Below are positions 16,152-26,356 of a stretch of DNA of 64,000 nucleotides, one piece after another. The translations under genes were made by a program, and so were the position numbers. This DNA is from a virus. The notes below the pieces were generated by a model, which saw nothing but the letters and a program-made list of their open reading frames with translations, searched no databases and was not told the origin of the DNA. The stretch is taken from the IMG/VR virus record IMGVR_UViG_3300042867_001113, one strand, 5' to 3'. The first letter of the stretch is position 1; each line of letters begins with the position of its first letter.

Positions 16152-18863
16152 TCACCGCTCAGTGTTGAAGTAGCAGTGTCCATAAACGAAGTCGACGAAC
16201 GCGGTGCGTGCAGTGGTGCCGACGAGCTTGAATAGCTGAAGCTGGATACCGAACAGGTCGGCACTGGTCGGTACTGGTGCGCCGGTCTGGGTCTGCACGA
16301 GGACATCATCGATGTAGTACGCAACGGAGGAGGCAGTGCGGTCCCACTCGATACGAAGAACGTACCAAGTGTTCGCAGCAATCGCCGACTCCTGTGAGGA
16401 TGTGTTTACGCCGTCGTTGCCGGTCACTGTGAACCAGACATTTGTACCGAGCGCGGCGCGCTGGTACTCGAACATCGCGTAGTCGGTCCCTGCGGTCTGA
16501 CCAGCGGTGTTTGAGAACCCGAAGCGGAACACATACTCCTGCAAAGCTGTGGAAAGAATCGAGAACTGAACGCGCGCACTGCACACCAGTTTGCCGTTAT
16601 TGGGCCGGGTCAGATCGGTTGTGCCGAAAACGTACTGGATTCCTGAGGTGGCAGCGACGCCTGTGTTCATCGACGAGATACCGAAGCTGTTGTTCGTGAG
16701 CCCCGCGACCGGCGCCGACGTTTGACCTGCGACAGCTCCCGTCGAGACCTCTGCCCACCGACTGTCGCTTGATATCGGTTGCCCGCTTGTCCGAACCATG
16801 TCGTCGATGAACTCGAACGAATGAAGCGCGCGTTTTGGTTCTTCGACACCGCCGCCGAGGTGGGTGGTATCTGACTGCACCCATAAGGCGAAAGAATTCG
16901 TGATGGTGGCGTTCGTACCTGCGATCGGAGCGCCTGCTACATAGAGAGTCGCAGCTTCCGATATGGTGGACGCAGCGGTGAACGAGTAGGTTCGGTTTCC
17001 GACGAGGGTCGTGGCCTGTAAACCGATGCTCCCCGAGTTGTACTGGATGGATGCTGTTGGGATGGTAGGTCCAAGAATGACGTCAAAGACGGGAGTGCCT
17101 GCTGTCTGTCCCGTCAGCGTCTGTCCCGACGCGAACAGCGCAGCAAACTTTCCTTCCGTCGTGTCAGCGGATGTTGCTGACGAAATTAAGACCGGCCCCG
17201 TGAGTCGCCCTGCATAGTTCTGCGAGGCTCCCGTGGGAGGCGCTACAAGAATGCCATACGCAGTGGTAACGAACGTCCCTCCGGGGTTCACGTTCGTTGT
17301 GGGTACTCGGATGCCTGCGGCGGACAAGATCGTTGTGTTGGTCCCTGCCTTTGGAAGAGACACCTCCAGCCCGACCGCGTTCGAGATCGTGGATGCGCCG
17401 ACAAAACTATAGGTCTGACTTTCAAGACGACTGCTTCTCTGTAGGGCAAGCGCTCCAGTGTTGAACTGGATGGTCCCGCTGCTCAGAGCGAAGTCGCTGA
17501 TCTCAGTGCTGGCAGGTTGAGCCGTCAGGCCGAGTGGGACAAGCCCCAAACTGGTCACGCCGTTGGAAGACCTGTCGCTGGCCACGAGAACCGGAGAGTA
17601 GCTGAGAACACCCGAGTCCCATCCCGTGCCCACCTGAATGCCGACGGCTGCACCACCTCCCGTACCGGGCGTCACGTTGGCGATTTCAATTCCCGCCAAC
17701 CCTACGGATGTGCGCGTACCCGTACCACTCGCAGTGATACGAAGACCAGTGGCGACACCGTAGTCGCCGCCGAACGTACCGATGTTGACCTCCACACCGC
17801 GTGCGTTCAGCGTCCCGCCTACAGCTGCCTTGGTGACATTCGGCATGACGACACGGTTGCCGTACCACGTCAGTGTGTTGGTGGACGTGTGCGTGAGCCC
17901 TCCGAGGGACGCGTCAAGCAAAACACCGTGATATGTGGACGGAGACACACCAGCTGACTTGGTGATCACAGGACTGTCGAGTTCCAGCATTGCGAAGTCA
18001 GCTGCGTTCGTTCCCACGTAGTTGGTTGCCCAGTCAATCTCGATTCCCTTGGTCGGGTTTCCAGATGCACTGAGGTACTGGCGCAGCCCCGTGGTGCCGG
18101 TGCTGCGAACGTCCATGTCCAGAAGACGGCCTGTGCTTGAACTTGCACTGGAAAGCGTCAGTGCGGTGGCTCCTGCGCTCGATCCCGGCTGGATCGTGGT
18201 GTGACCGCTTTTGCCAATGGAAACGCGTGTGGTGCCGCTATCACGGGCTCGGAAGATGTCATCAGAAACTGTGATGTTGTTGACATCCAGTGTTGATCCC
18301 GGCGTCGCGGAACCAACGCCCAAGCGGTCGTTGGTGTTGTCCCAGAACAGGTTGGTGTTGTCCTGCGTGTACACGCCGGACGCCCCTGCAAACACGACGG
18401 AGCCCGCCGTGAAAGCCGTCGCAGTGCCCGTGCCCCCGTTCACGACACCAACCGTTCCGCTCAGGCCGATGGTGATCGACCCTGCGGCGTTGACGATGCC
18501 AATGTTCGTGCCCGTTGTGAGTGTAGCCTTGTCGAAGTGGCCATTCGCCGTGTCCCCGATGAGGACTTGGCCGTTCGTCGGCGCGCTTCCAGCATAGGTG
18601 TGGATGCGACCGCCAGCCCCGACGGCGAAGTTGCTGAGAACCTCAAACGGATGCGCCACAGGAACCACGCCGATGCCGACTCGCGAGTTGATCGTGTCGA
18701 CGTCGAGCACTGTGACGGTGCCAAGGGCGTTCTGCACTCGGAACGCAGTGGTGCTGTTCGTCTTCGCGAGCACGGCACCGCCGATCTCCAGCGAGTCTCC
18801 CGCGACGGAAGGAAACTGGGCCGTGGTACCGCTGCCGATGACGAGAGGCTTCTGTGTGGCCAT
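16152..18863 (-). CDS. tail fibre / receptor-binding-like protein
   Basis: 903 aa, G/T/S/A rich; NGGTG and FWDNTNDRLGVG..P fibre motifs; C-terminal ConA-like WYVLRIEW..YYIDD. Confidence 0.8.
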   Translation of the reverse strand: MATQKPLVIGSGTTAQFPSVAGDSLEIGGAVLAKTNSTTAFRVQNALGTVTVLDVDTINSRVGIGVVPVAHPFEVLSNFAVGAGGRIHTYAGSAPTNGQVLIGDTANGHFDKATLTTGTNIGIVNAAGSITIGLSGTVGVVNGGTGTATAFTAGSVVFAGASGVYTQDNTNLFWDNTNDRLGVGSATPGSTLDVNNITVSDDIFRARDSGTTRVSIGKSGHTTIQPGSSAGATALTLSSASSSTGRLLDMDVRSTGTTGLRQYLSASGNPTKGIEIDWATNYVGTNAADFAMLELDSPVITKSAGVSPSTYHGVLLDASLGGLTHTSTNTLTWYGNRVVMPNVTKAAVGGTLNARGVEVNIGTFGGDYGVATGLRITASGTGTRTSVGLAGIEIANVTPGTGGGAAVGIQVGTGWDSGVLSYSPVLVASDRSSNGVTSLGLVPLGLTAQPASTEISDFALSSGTIQFNTGALALQRSSRLESQTYSFVGASTISNAVGLEVSLPKAGTNTTILSAAGIRVPTTNVNPGGTFVTTAYGILVAPPTGASQNYAGRLTGPVLISSATSADTTEGKFAALFASGQTLTGQTAGTPVFDVILGPTIPTASIQYNSGSIGLQATTLVGNRTYSFTAASTISEAATLYVAGAPIAGTNATITNSFALWVQSDTTHLGGGVEEPKRALHSFEFIDDMVRTSGQPISSDSRWAEVSTGAVAGQTSAPVAGLTNNSFGISSMNTGVAATSGIQYVFGTTDLTRPNNGKLVCSARVQFSILSTALQEYVFRFGFSNTAGQTAGTDYAMFEYQRAALGTNVWFTVTGNDGVNTSSQESAIAANTWYVLRIEWDRTASSVAYYIDDVLVQTQTGAPVPTSADLFGIQLQLFKLVGTTARTAFVDFVYGHCYFNTER

Positions 18864-19049
18864 GTGGTTTTATCCTGGGCAAAAGCGGTGTCCCTATCGA
18901 TACCACGGCGTCAGAGCGCGGTCATCCTCCTGCGGAGGCTTCAGAGCGGGCTGTGAACCGTGTTACACCCCGTAAATGCAACGGACTTTTGTCATCGGAT
19001 GGGAGGAAAGACTACCGTTGTCGGTGTGACGCCTGTAGACTATGCAGCC

Positions 19050-19643
19050 ATGATGACTACCAAAGAAAAGCAGGCAGCCGGGATGCGGAACTACTGGTCC
19101 GAGCTGAAAGCAGGGAACCGACCCACACGAAGGTTCACGCCAAGAAAGCCTGCTCCTTTCTGGTCGCGGGTCAAGAAAAGCGCCGGAAGAAACAGCTGCT
19201 GGCTGTGGGTCGGAGCCTTGAGCGGGGACGGTTACGGCAGTGTGCGGACGCAGGGCTGCACGCGCGGCGCGCATCGGGTTGCGTGGGAAGAAGCTCATGG
19301 CCCCGTTCCTAGAGGTTGCTCAGTGCTACATAAATGCGACGTCCCTCAGTGTGTGAGGCTCAGTCATCTATTCCTTGGAACACAGACCGACAACATGGCG
19401 GACGCATCTCGAAAGGGTCGCTTGGCAGGTAGGAAGTCAGCCTCCGGCGAACATCACGGATCGCACACACACCCCGAAAGTGTTCGCCGTGGGGCGCGAA
19501 ACGGAGCTGCAGTGTTGACTGAACAGCAAGTGGCCGCAATCCGCGCGGCCTATCCGATGAAAACGCAAAAGAAGCTGGCGCAAGAGTATAGCGTTGACCA
19601 AGTCACGATCTCACGAATCGTTAGAAGGGTGACTTACAAATGA
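19050..19643 (+). CDS. HNH homing endonuclease
   Basis: CWLWVG..GYG..AHRV..VLHKCD..C...HL..GT..DN..D plus C-terminal HTH. Confidence 0.9.
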   Translation: MMTTKEKQAAGMRNYWSELKAGNRPTRRFTPRKPAPFWSRVKKSAGRNSCWLWVGALSGDGYGSVRTQGCTRGAHRVAWEEAHGPVPRGCSVLHKCDVPQCVRLSHLFLGTQTDNMADASRKGRLAGRKSASGEHHGSHTHPESVRRGARNGAAVLTEQQVAAIRAAYPMKTQKKLAQEYSVDQVTISRIVRRVTYK

Positions 19644-20443
19644 CGTCAGGCAGAACGCTAGTGTGTGGCGATGTCCACGGATGTCTCCAAGAACTGAAGA
19701 TGCTACTCTCGCGTGCAGGCTTCAGGCAGGGCTCCGATCGGCTGGTTCTGGTCGGCGACTTGGTTGACCGAGGTGACGACTCTGTTGGAGTGGTCCGCTT
19801 CGCCATGGAGACCGGCGCGGACTGCGTGCTGGGGAACCACGAGGAGAAGCACCTTCGGTACCGCAGGCACGCGTTGAAGGCGTCTTTCGACAAGACCTAC
19901 AAGAACCCGATGCAGATGCCGCACCCCGAGGTCCATAAGACGATCACAGGCGCCGAGTGGGCTTGGATGGGTGCCCTCCCCCTCACGATCTGGCTCCGGC
20001 CCGACCTCGTGGTCGTTCACGGAGGCTTCTCAACGGACTCTCCTCCGGAAGCCCCGCATCTGAATTCTTGTCGCATCCGGTACGTCGAGAAGGACACCGG
20101 GGAGTCGAAGGGATCTGCGGACGGCATGTCCCAGCCCCCACAAACCGTTTTCTGGCCCGAACGGTACACGGGCGGAGCAACGGGGCGGGTCTCGGTCCTT
20201 TACGGACACCAGCCGTTCAGAGCCGTCCGGCACGACCGAGGGTTGGGACCATACGGTGCCGCCCGAACGATCGGCCTCGACACCAGCTGCTGCTACGGTG
20301 GCGTGCTGACCGGGTACTGGGTTGAGGAGGAGCGCTTCGTTCAATCGAAGTCGCTCCAGCGGTTCTGGTCAGCAGGCGTGGACTCTTCCCGGGAGGACTG
20401 GATGTCCGCGTGGACGGCCCGCCCCTCGAAGACGGTTCAGTAG
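19640..20443 (+). CDS. metallophosphoesterase (PPP / ApaH-like)
   Basis: GDVHG, GDLVDRG, GNHE, VHGG, YGH and LDT motifs. Confidence 0.93.
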   Translation: MTSGRTLVCGDVHGCLQELKMLLSRAGFRQGSDRLVLVGDLVDRGDDSVGVVRFAMETGADCVLGNHEEKHLRYRRHALKASFDKTYKNPMQMPHPEVHKTITGAEWAWMGALPLTIWLRPDLVVVHGGFSTDSPPEAPHLNSCRIRYVEKDTGESKGSADGMSQPPQTVFWPERYTGGATGRVSVLYGHQPFRAVRHDRGLGPYGAARTIGLDTSCCYGGVLTGYWVEEERFVQSKSLQRFWSAGVDSSREDWMSAWTARPSKTVQ

Positions 20444-20658
20444 CCGTCCTTCGCCCAGCCCTTGCCCTTCAGGACGAACGACGTTGACGTCGAGAGCACC
20501 TGCTCGTAGCGACCTTCACACTGTCGGCCCCCGATGGGCTCTCGGTTCTCGTCGAGCACGATGTAGAAGCCCATGCACTGCTTCGGAGGGGACTCCTTCG
20601 GAGAGAAAACTTCGATGCGCGTCTTGCACCCGGTGCATTCATAGTCGTGGATCGGCAC
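20437..20658 (-). CDS. FmdB-family zinc-ribbon protein
   Basis: MPIxDYECxxC...FxLKGxGW...Y. Confidence 0.85.
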   Translation of the reverse strand: MPIHDYECTGCKTRIEVFSPKESPPKQCMGFYIVLDENREPIGGRQCEGRYEQVLSTSTSFVLKGKGWAKDGY

Positions 20659-20661
20659 AGG

Positions 20662-21219
20662 TCACTCCTTCGAGGAAACGTCCATAGCCCACAGCAGCAC
20701 ATCCACCTGATTGTGGAGGTCCGCGATGGAGCCGTTGTTCACGAGTTCACGGTCCACGACGTAGTCGTCCATGCTCGTCTCAGAGGCGTGCAGGTCTGTG
20801 CGCTCCCCGAGGGCAGGTCGGACGACGCGCCAGATCTCGCCACCCAAGGCTTTGACGACATCCGCCTCGTTGGGGAAGCGGACGTCGGTGATGACGAAGG
20901 AGAACGGCCCGCCCGGTCCCGTCTGGAAGCTCTCAAGCCTGCGCTGGAGTGACTTCACCCAGATGTTCTGGTCAAGTTGACGACCTATCTCGGTCCCGAA
21001 GGTCTGGAGCACAGCCCGGGGCGTGGTCTGCCAGTACGGGTCGACGACCTCCTTCAAACTACCATCGAGGTGCTCGTGGCCCCAGCCGTAGATGTAGCGC
21101 ACAGCCTCCTTGAGAGGCTTGGCGAAGCTCTCTTGCGCGAAGTCGTGCTTCATCCGCAGGTACGCGCCGACGGTGTCTTTGCCGCTGCGCTTCCGCCCCG
21201 TCATTCCGATCAGCCGCAT
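20662..21219 (-). CDS. deoxynucleoside monophosphate kinase
   Basis: GxxxSGKDT P-loop, FAxPLK, LQxFGTE, DVRFPNE and HASE motifs. Confidence 0.93.
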   Translation of the reverse strand: MRLIGMTGRKRSGKDTVGAYLRMKHDFAQESFAKPLKEAVRYIYGWGHEHLDGSLKEVVDPYWQTTPRAVLQTFGTEIGRQLDQNIWVKSLQRRLESFQTGPGGPFSFVITDVRFPNEADVVKALGGEIWRVVRPALGERTDLHASETSMDDYVVDRELVNNGSIADLHNQVDVLLWAMDVSSKE

Positions 21220-21425
21220 CCGTGCCTCGTCATTGAAGTTTGATCATGCATCTTCTCAGTGTCGCGGAGCCGCGTGGTGAGGTCCAAGACTTCAGATTCC
21301 AGCGCAGCATTTTTAGCGTTCAAACGATCGACCTCATTGGCGAGGTCCGTGTACGCCGTTGGCGAGTCGGATGGGAACACAATCCGTGCTCGTCGGTCGA
21401 CTTGGATGACGTGGTTGTGGGTCAA
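21210..21425 (-). CDS. small coiled-coil protein
   Basis: Overlaps both neighbours. Confidence 0.55.
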   Translation of the reverse strand: MTHNHVIQVDRRARIVFPSDSPTAYTDLANEVDRLNAKNAALESEVLDLTTRLRDTEKMHDQTSMTRHGCG

Positions 21426-21946
21426 ACGGTCTCCCCACCAGCCGCAAGCTCACCCAGCATGTCGAGCATGCGCCCGGTCATCGCGGTCCCCGGGAGACGC
21501 TCGAACGGGCCGACCTTGCGGGTGCCCAGACCCCCTTCGACGCCAATCATTGCTGACACGACCATCGGAGGCTTCCCGCGCCGTTCGATGGACACGATGA
21601 GCGCTTCCTGCCGCAGCACACCAGACGTTCGCATGAGGGTGATCTCTTCGTCGGTGGGGATCCTCTTGCCCGCAGGGAGGACCGTCAGCCACGCCTCGTG
21701 GATGAACACGCTGGTGTGTGCCTTCATGGCGGCGGCGATGCGCTGGATGCCCGCGACGAACATGTCCTTCTCTTCGTCGTCTTTGTACTGACCCGCGACC
21801 GGGCAGACGTCGTTGTCGCCAACGAGGAGCACGATGGGGGCGTGCTCACGTTCCGCAGCGATCTTGAGAGCGGTCGCGAGCACCTTGTTCTTCCCACCGA
21901 TCGTCACTTCAGCGTCGATGATGGCAGCGATGTCGTTGACGGTCAT
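21422..21946 (-). CDS. hypothetical protein
   Basis: HEAW..RQEALIV motif, similar to 41933..42442. Confidence 0.75.
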   Translation of the reverse strand: MTVNDIAAIIDAEVTIGGKNKVLATALKIAAEREHAPIVLLVGDNDVCPVAGQYKDDEEKDMFVAGIQRIAAAMKAHTSVFIHEAWLTVLPAGKRIPTDEEITLMRTSGVLRQEALIVSIERRGKPPMVVSAMIGVEGGLGTRKVGPFERLPGTAMTGRMLDMLGELAAGGETV

Positions 21947-22368
21947 GTCGCAGTCCTATTGGAACGGAGGTAGTCGATGGTTTCGTCGCAGCTGTCTCGT
22001 CCGGAGACGACCTTCACAGCCTGTCGAATCTCTTTCTCGGTGTAACAGGGCCCCGGAGACGTTCCTGCATCCGCCAGAGCGCGCTTCGCCTGAGCCGTTG
22101 CCTGTTCGCAGCCCAGCGATGGGTCTTCGCTGTTGGGCCAAGCCAGCATCGCCTCCAACGCAGCGCACAGCTGCTCGTGCGTGCGAGGACCGTTCGTGAG
22201 GGCACCCAGCGCGTCGGTCCGTTCCTTTTGGAGCGAGTCGATGACGCCGCCGAGGGTGTCGATGATGTGGAGGTAGCTAATCACGCGGTCATGAACGACG
22301 CCAGAACGGTCCGACAGCGTTTCAGTGACCCATCGGCGCTCCGACTGCGTGTTGAGAATCGCGCTCAT
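21943..22368 (-). CDS. hypothetical protein
   Basis: GTTAC 9 nt upstream; overlaps the next gene. Confidence 0.7.
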   Translation of the reverse strand: MSAILNTQSERRWVTETLSDRSGVVHDRVISYLHIIDTLGGVIDSLQKERTDALGALTNGPRTHEQLCAALEAMLAWPNSEDPSLGCEQATAQAKRALADAGTSPGPCYTEKEIRQAVKVVSGRDSCDETIDYLRSNRTAT

Positions 22369-22496
22369 GGACCGACAGTAACATAGCGCGCACCGTTTTT
22401 TGTCAACTCCGTTGCTGAGAACCCCTCAGTGTTCAGGGGCTGCAGGGGGCCTCCTCATGTAGGGCCGATCGCCGAAGCGGAGAAGCAGAAAACTAA

Positions 22497-22538
22497 GGAC
22501 GTGTTCACGCCATGAACACGTCCGACCGACGTGTTCAT
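22497..22538. repeat. three-arm inverted repeat
   Basis: GGACGTGTTCA / ATGAACACGTCC / GACGTGTTCAT. Confidence 0.85.
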
Positions 22539-22588
22539 TTCAGAGTGGTTTTTGCACACGTCATGACGCAGGCGCCGGAAGGATCATC

Positions 22589-23239
22589 TCACTTAGGAAC
22601 CTTGATCGAGAGCACTCCGGCGCGGAACGTGCCTTCACAGTCGTCGAGGCTGCCGCCGGAGCGGATCTTGGCGATGTTGCATTGGATGATGCCTGCCGCC
22701 CGCTCCAGCTCAGGGAGGTCGAGTGCAGGCGATGGTGGCGATGGGGCTGGTGCCTCTCCTGCCGGAACCAGCGAAACGAACTTCTTCGCACTGTCGACGA
22801 CGGCGCGAGGCATCACGAACTCATCGGTACAGACTTTCAGTTCGACTGAACGCTGCGCATCCGCGATCTTCCGAGCCAAGTCAGTAGAGGTCATGACCTT
22901 CAGGTACTCAATCACATATCCCCTGCCGATGGTGCCGTCGTGCTCGAACTCAGGCAGGGCAACCGGCGCCCCGTCGATCAGCATCGAGACATTGGAACAC
23001 TTCAGATACTCCCAGCTGTCAGAGACAAACGACAACGACAGCAGCATGCGCTGTGCCGTGCCGTCTTTCTTCAAGACGGTGAGGAACGTGATCGAGGGCC
23101 TGCTTGAGCGTTTGGCCTTGCCGAACTCCTCCTCCAAGAAGACGCTCGTCTTACCACTGAATCGGTCTTCAGTGCGTTCGACGGACGCCGACGCAGACAA
23201 GCTGAAAGCTGACAGAAAAAAAGCAATAACGGTCTTCAT
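22589..23239 (-). CDS. secreted/periplasmic protein
   Basis: Signal peptide MKTVIAFFLSAFSLSASA; GGAGG RBS. Confidence 0.8.
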   Translation of the reverse strand: MKTVIAFFLSAFSLSASASVERTEDRFSGKTSVFLEEEFGKAKRSSRPSITFLTVLKKDGTAQRMLLSLSFVSDSWEYLKCSNVSMLIDGAPVALPEFEHDGTIGRGYVIEYLKVMTSTDLARKIADAQRSVELKVCTDEFVMPRAVVDSAKKFVSLVPAGEAPAPSPPSPALDLPELERAAGIIQCNIAKIRSGGSLDDCEGTFRAGVLSIKVPK

Positions 23240-23260
23240 ATAACCTCCGGTACGTTGTCA

Positions 23261-23572
23261 TCATCTGTCTTGATAGCGTGAGCCGCAGCTGGTCGTGTTC
23301 CGCGAACGGGCGTGTCGAGCCAAGACGTCTTTGGCGTAGCTGTTGAGCGGTTGCTGGGCGCGTAGCTGTTCGGCCAGTGCGTCAGCGAGGATGCGTTCCG
23401 GCAACACCTGCTCCTCGACTTGGTCCATCAGCCAAGCGTTGAGGAAGCCCGCAGCGTGGCTGACAAGGCCATCCCACTCCTTGTCTTCCATCTGCTCACG
23501 CAGACTGCCGAAGCCATCAGGGTCGCTGTCGGCGAGACGGTTGAGGACTTCCTTGAGGTCTTTTGACTTCAC
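23261..23572 (-). CDS. hypothetical protein
   Basis: GTG start overlapping the upstream stop. Confidence 0.65.
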   Translation of the reverse strand: MKSKDLKEVLNRLADSDPDGFGSLREQMEDKEWDGLVSHAAGFLNAWLMDQVEEQVLPERILADALAEQLRAQQPLNSYAKDVLARHARSRNTTSCGSRYQDR

Positions 23573-23892
23573 ACAGCCACCTTTTCAAAGACGAGGGGGC
23601 CCCCGCAGTCAGGGCACTTGTGGTCCGCCGGAATTGCGTATGGCTCCATGTGCGAGTTCCAGCGGCAGCGGTCCTTGCGGACAGCGTTGATGTGCTTGCA
23701 GTAGTTCTTGCCGCCGTTCTTGACGTAGGCGGGGCATGTGCAGGAGTAGTCCCGCTGCACTCCTCGCGGATTGAACGTCTCTCCGTACTCGACCCGGTAG
23801 GTAGTTCCGGGGAGGGAGTCGGACGGGACCATACGGACCCACTCGCGGACCGATTGGCAGGTAGGGGCAGTCAGGACCGTGAAGTCGGGCAT
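23569..23892 (-). CDS. SWIM zinc-finger protein
   Basis: CTCPAY...CKH plus CPDC. Confidence 0.85.
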   Translation of the reverse strand: MPDFTVLTAPTCQSVREWVRMVPSDSLPGTTYRVEYGETFNPRGVQRDYSCTCPAYVKNGGKNYCKHINAVRKDRCRWNSHMEPYAIPADHKCPDCGGPLVFEKVAV

Positions 23893-23908
23893 GTCTGGGG
23901 AGTAACCG

Positions 23909-24352
23909 CTACCGAAGCTGGATCTTTATGTCTGAGTCCACCGGATCAACGTCAGGACTGAACGCGCGGAGCTGAAGCCACTGCGTGTATCGCTGGTCGT
24001 CAGACATCTGGGGATACGGAAACATTATTGCCGACGGGGCCCATGCTTTTGCCACAGGGAGCCAGAAGGACGTCGCCGGTGAGTGTTCAGTGCTGTTGGC
24101 CTCTACCTTCGTTCCCGCAGCAGCCCGAGCCCCTACCCGGGCGATGCCGAGCGCCGTCAGACCGGGCCAATCGAAGTGGTTGGAAAACTTGGCCCCTTCC
24201 TTCCGGCGACCCCAGAAGGCTTGGGCGATCGGCTTGTTCCGGTCGTCATCTTTGAAGTTCAGCCAGCAGAGACGGCACTCCTCGGCAGGACGCCAGAGCG
24301 GGCCCTTGCAGGACGCACAAAGGGGGCGGGTGGTGATCGGCACAACCATCAA
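23909..24352 (-). CDS. hypothetical zinc-finger protein
   Basis: CASC...CRLC. Confidence 0.6.
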   Translation of the reverse strand: MMVVPITTRPLCASCKGPLWRPAEECRLCWLNFKDDDRNKPIAQAFWGRRKEGAKFSNHFDWPGLTALGIARVGARAAAGTKVEANSTEHSPATSFWLPVAKAWAPSAIMFPYPQMSDDQRYTQWLQLRAFSPDVDPVDSDIKIQLR

Positions 24353-24609
24353 GCACCAGTCTTCTTGCCGTCCGGGGCAGGCTTCAGCGCCTTCAGCGCT
24401 TTCGATCGCCGATAAGCCCCCTTGTCAAAGAATTTCGTCTCCAACGTGCGCCCCGAGCAGAGCTTACAAGGGCGAAGGTCTTCGTCGACACAAGGTGACC
24501 CAGCGTCGGCTCCGCAGTCTTCACAGCGGGCGTAGGCACTGACTGGCGTTCGAGGGACAGGAACGCGGACGGGGTCCGCCTTTGTCTTGGCGCTGTGGTG
24601 GAGTCTCAT
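24349..24609 (-). CDS. small zinc-finger protein
   Basis: CEDCGADAGSPC motif; ATGA overlap. Confidence 0.6.
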   Translation of the reverse strand: MRLHHSAKTKADPVRVPVPRTPVSAYARCEDCGADAGSPCVDEDLRPCKLCSGRTLETKFFDKGAYRRSKALKALKPAPDGKKTGA

Positions 24610-25538
24610 GACTCCCCCTCCGCCTTCTCCGCACGGGCCTTCAACTCGGCACACTCGCGCAGCACGCGGGTGAAGTCGTCGCCGAGAGCACGGGCAGCGG
24701 CGTCGGACGTCTCTGCGCGGGCAATGGCGGCGTCACGCTGGGCGTGCATCTGGGCACAAGCCGCCTCCGACTGGCGCCACAGAATCCGAGCGGCTGCGGC
24801 GTCGTCGACGTACATCTCGACCATGCCTGCGGACTTGTCGAGTTCCTGCCCGTAGTTGTCTCGCTCGTTTGTCCGCTCCCTCGCCAGCGCCTCCGCTGCG
24901 TCTCGCTGGATGGTGAGGGAGGCGATGGCGGCGTCACGCTCGTCAAGGGCCGCGTTCAACTGGCGCGACGTCTCGGACCTGATCTCTTCGAGTCCCTGAA
25001 AGTCGGCTGCGCTCCTCCACCTCCCCCGCTCGGCGATGACGTCGGGGCGGGAGAGGATGGCGCGGGCGTTGTCGGCGGCATCAAGGAGAAACGGCGGCGC
25101 CGTCTCGCCGACGTCGCTACACCCATGACGGACCGCGTCGATCAGATCGGCCAACGCCTCCCCCATCGCCGCCACGGTGCGGCTGAGGTCGTCGGTGCGG
25201 GTCTCAATGGCGACGAGCCGCCATGCCTCGGCGACTGCAGCGTCGCGTTCCGCCTTGAGCCCACCACTCGGAAGGAGGGGGCTGTCGGGAAAACTCCACC
25301 TCCGAGCGGTGGTAGGTCGTCCCATGTCTCTATCGGGGTCGACGTTCTCCACCAGAGACGAATCAGGGAACGCGCGCGGGCTTTGGAGGCGAGCGGCTTC
25401 CTGATCTGCCTCTGACAATGTCTCGAAGATGGCGTCGGCCTCCTCAAGGAGGACGCGGTCCTCTTCGGGCCTCCATCCCGGTCTTGCCCGTTGCTCCCTG
25501 AGCTTGTCCAAGAGGCGGCTGTAGTCGGTCATGGTCAT
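24606..25538 (-). CDS. coiled-coil protein
   Basis: Repeated (E/Q)RDAA segments; AAGGAG RBS. Confidence 0.75.
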   Translation of the reverse strand: MTMTDYSRLLDKLREQRARPGWRPEEDRVLLEEADAIFETLSEADQEAARLQSPRAFPDSSLVENVDPDRDMGRPTTARRWSFPDSPLLPSGGLKAERDAAVAEAWRLVAIETRTDDLSRTVAAMGEALADLIDAVRHGCSDVGETAPPFLLDAADNARAILSRPDVIAERGRWRSAADFQGLEEIRSETSRQLNAALDERDAAIASLTIQRDAAEALARERTNERDNYGQELDKSAGMVEMYVDDAAAARILWRQSEAACAQMHAQRDAAIARAETSDAAARALGDDFTRVLRECAELKARAEKAEGES

Positions 25539-25603
25539 GAGGCGCTCCTTCCCTAGTTCGTCAGCCACTGAACGCGCTGACACTTGATGCACACGATCAT
25601 GGT

Positions 25604-25888
25604 TCACCTCCACGTCTGCAGCGTGCGGAGAAGTTCCTCGACGGAGACTTTGGAGAGTTGGAGCAACGCCGCGCGCCGGATTTCAGCTGCGGTGAACGTC
25701 TCTTCGGACGCCGTCGTCTTGGGAGAGACGCCCGCCTTGGTGATGGTGACCTCGTCGTCGAGGCCGGGGTTCGTCTTGTTGCGAACGAACTTGATCAGCT
25801 CGTCGCGGTCGTCGCACGAGATCAAGATTCGCGGTTCGCCTTCAGGCTCGTCGCGCAGGGCAATGTCACCGACCGCTAGGATTCTCAT
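25604..25888 (-). CDS. hypothetical protein
   Basis: ATG at 25888 with GGAG and GTTAC upstream. Confidence 0.7.
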   Translation of the reverse strand: MRILAVGDIALRDEPEGEPRILISCDDRDELIKFVRNKTNPGLDDEVTITKAGVSPKTTASEETFTAAEIRRAALLQLSKVSVEELLRTLQTWR

Positions 25889-26343
25889 GCTCCCTCCGTA
25901 ACAGGGTCCGTATGGTCCTCTTCGTTCCAGACCAGCTCCCCTGCGGCATTGGTTCCGATCCCCGCTCCTCGCCAAGCATCGAGCCCGGTCGGGAAGACGC
26001 GGATCAGCATACCGAAGTTCGGGGTCCGCACGAGCACGAGCGGCTCCCAATGGGAAGTCGCCCGGGTCTCCAGCACGGAGTTGCAGTGGTCCAGAAAACT
26101 CGGGTCTTCCCGAAGGTGGTCGAGGGCCATCCAGTGCTCCACCGCGTTGATGCTCTCGCCCTCCGCGTCGTACCCTCGATCTTCGTCGTCGGACCACCGG
26201 ACTTGCTGGGAGGTCATACCGACCAAGTCGCAGATGGTGCAGCGAGGATCGCTGAACTCGGCGGTCACGTTGTGCGGTCTGTTGAGCGACAGCACGCCTC
26301 GCTCAGGCATCCTGCAGACAGGGCAAAGGGTCCGATTGCTCAT
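25885..26343 (-). CDS. hypothetical zinc-finger protein
   Basis: CPVC...CTIC. Confidence 0.7.
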   Translation of the reverse strand: MSNRTLCPVCRMPERGVLSLNRPHNVTAEFSDPRCTICDLVGMTSQQVRWSDDEDRGYDAEGESINAVEHWMALDHLREDPSFLDHCNSVLETRATSHWEPLVLVRTPNFGMLIRVFPTGLDAWRGAGIGTNAAGELVWNEEDHTDPVTEGA

Positions 26344-26356
26344 AGGGTCACCGCTT

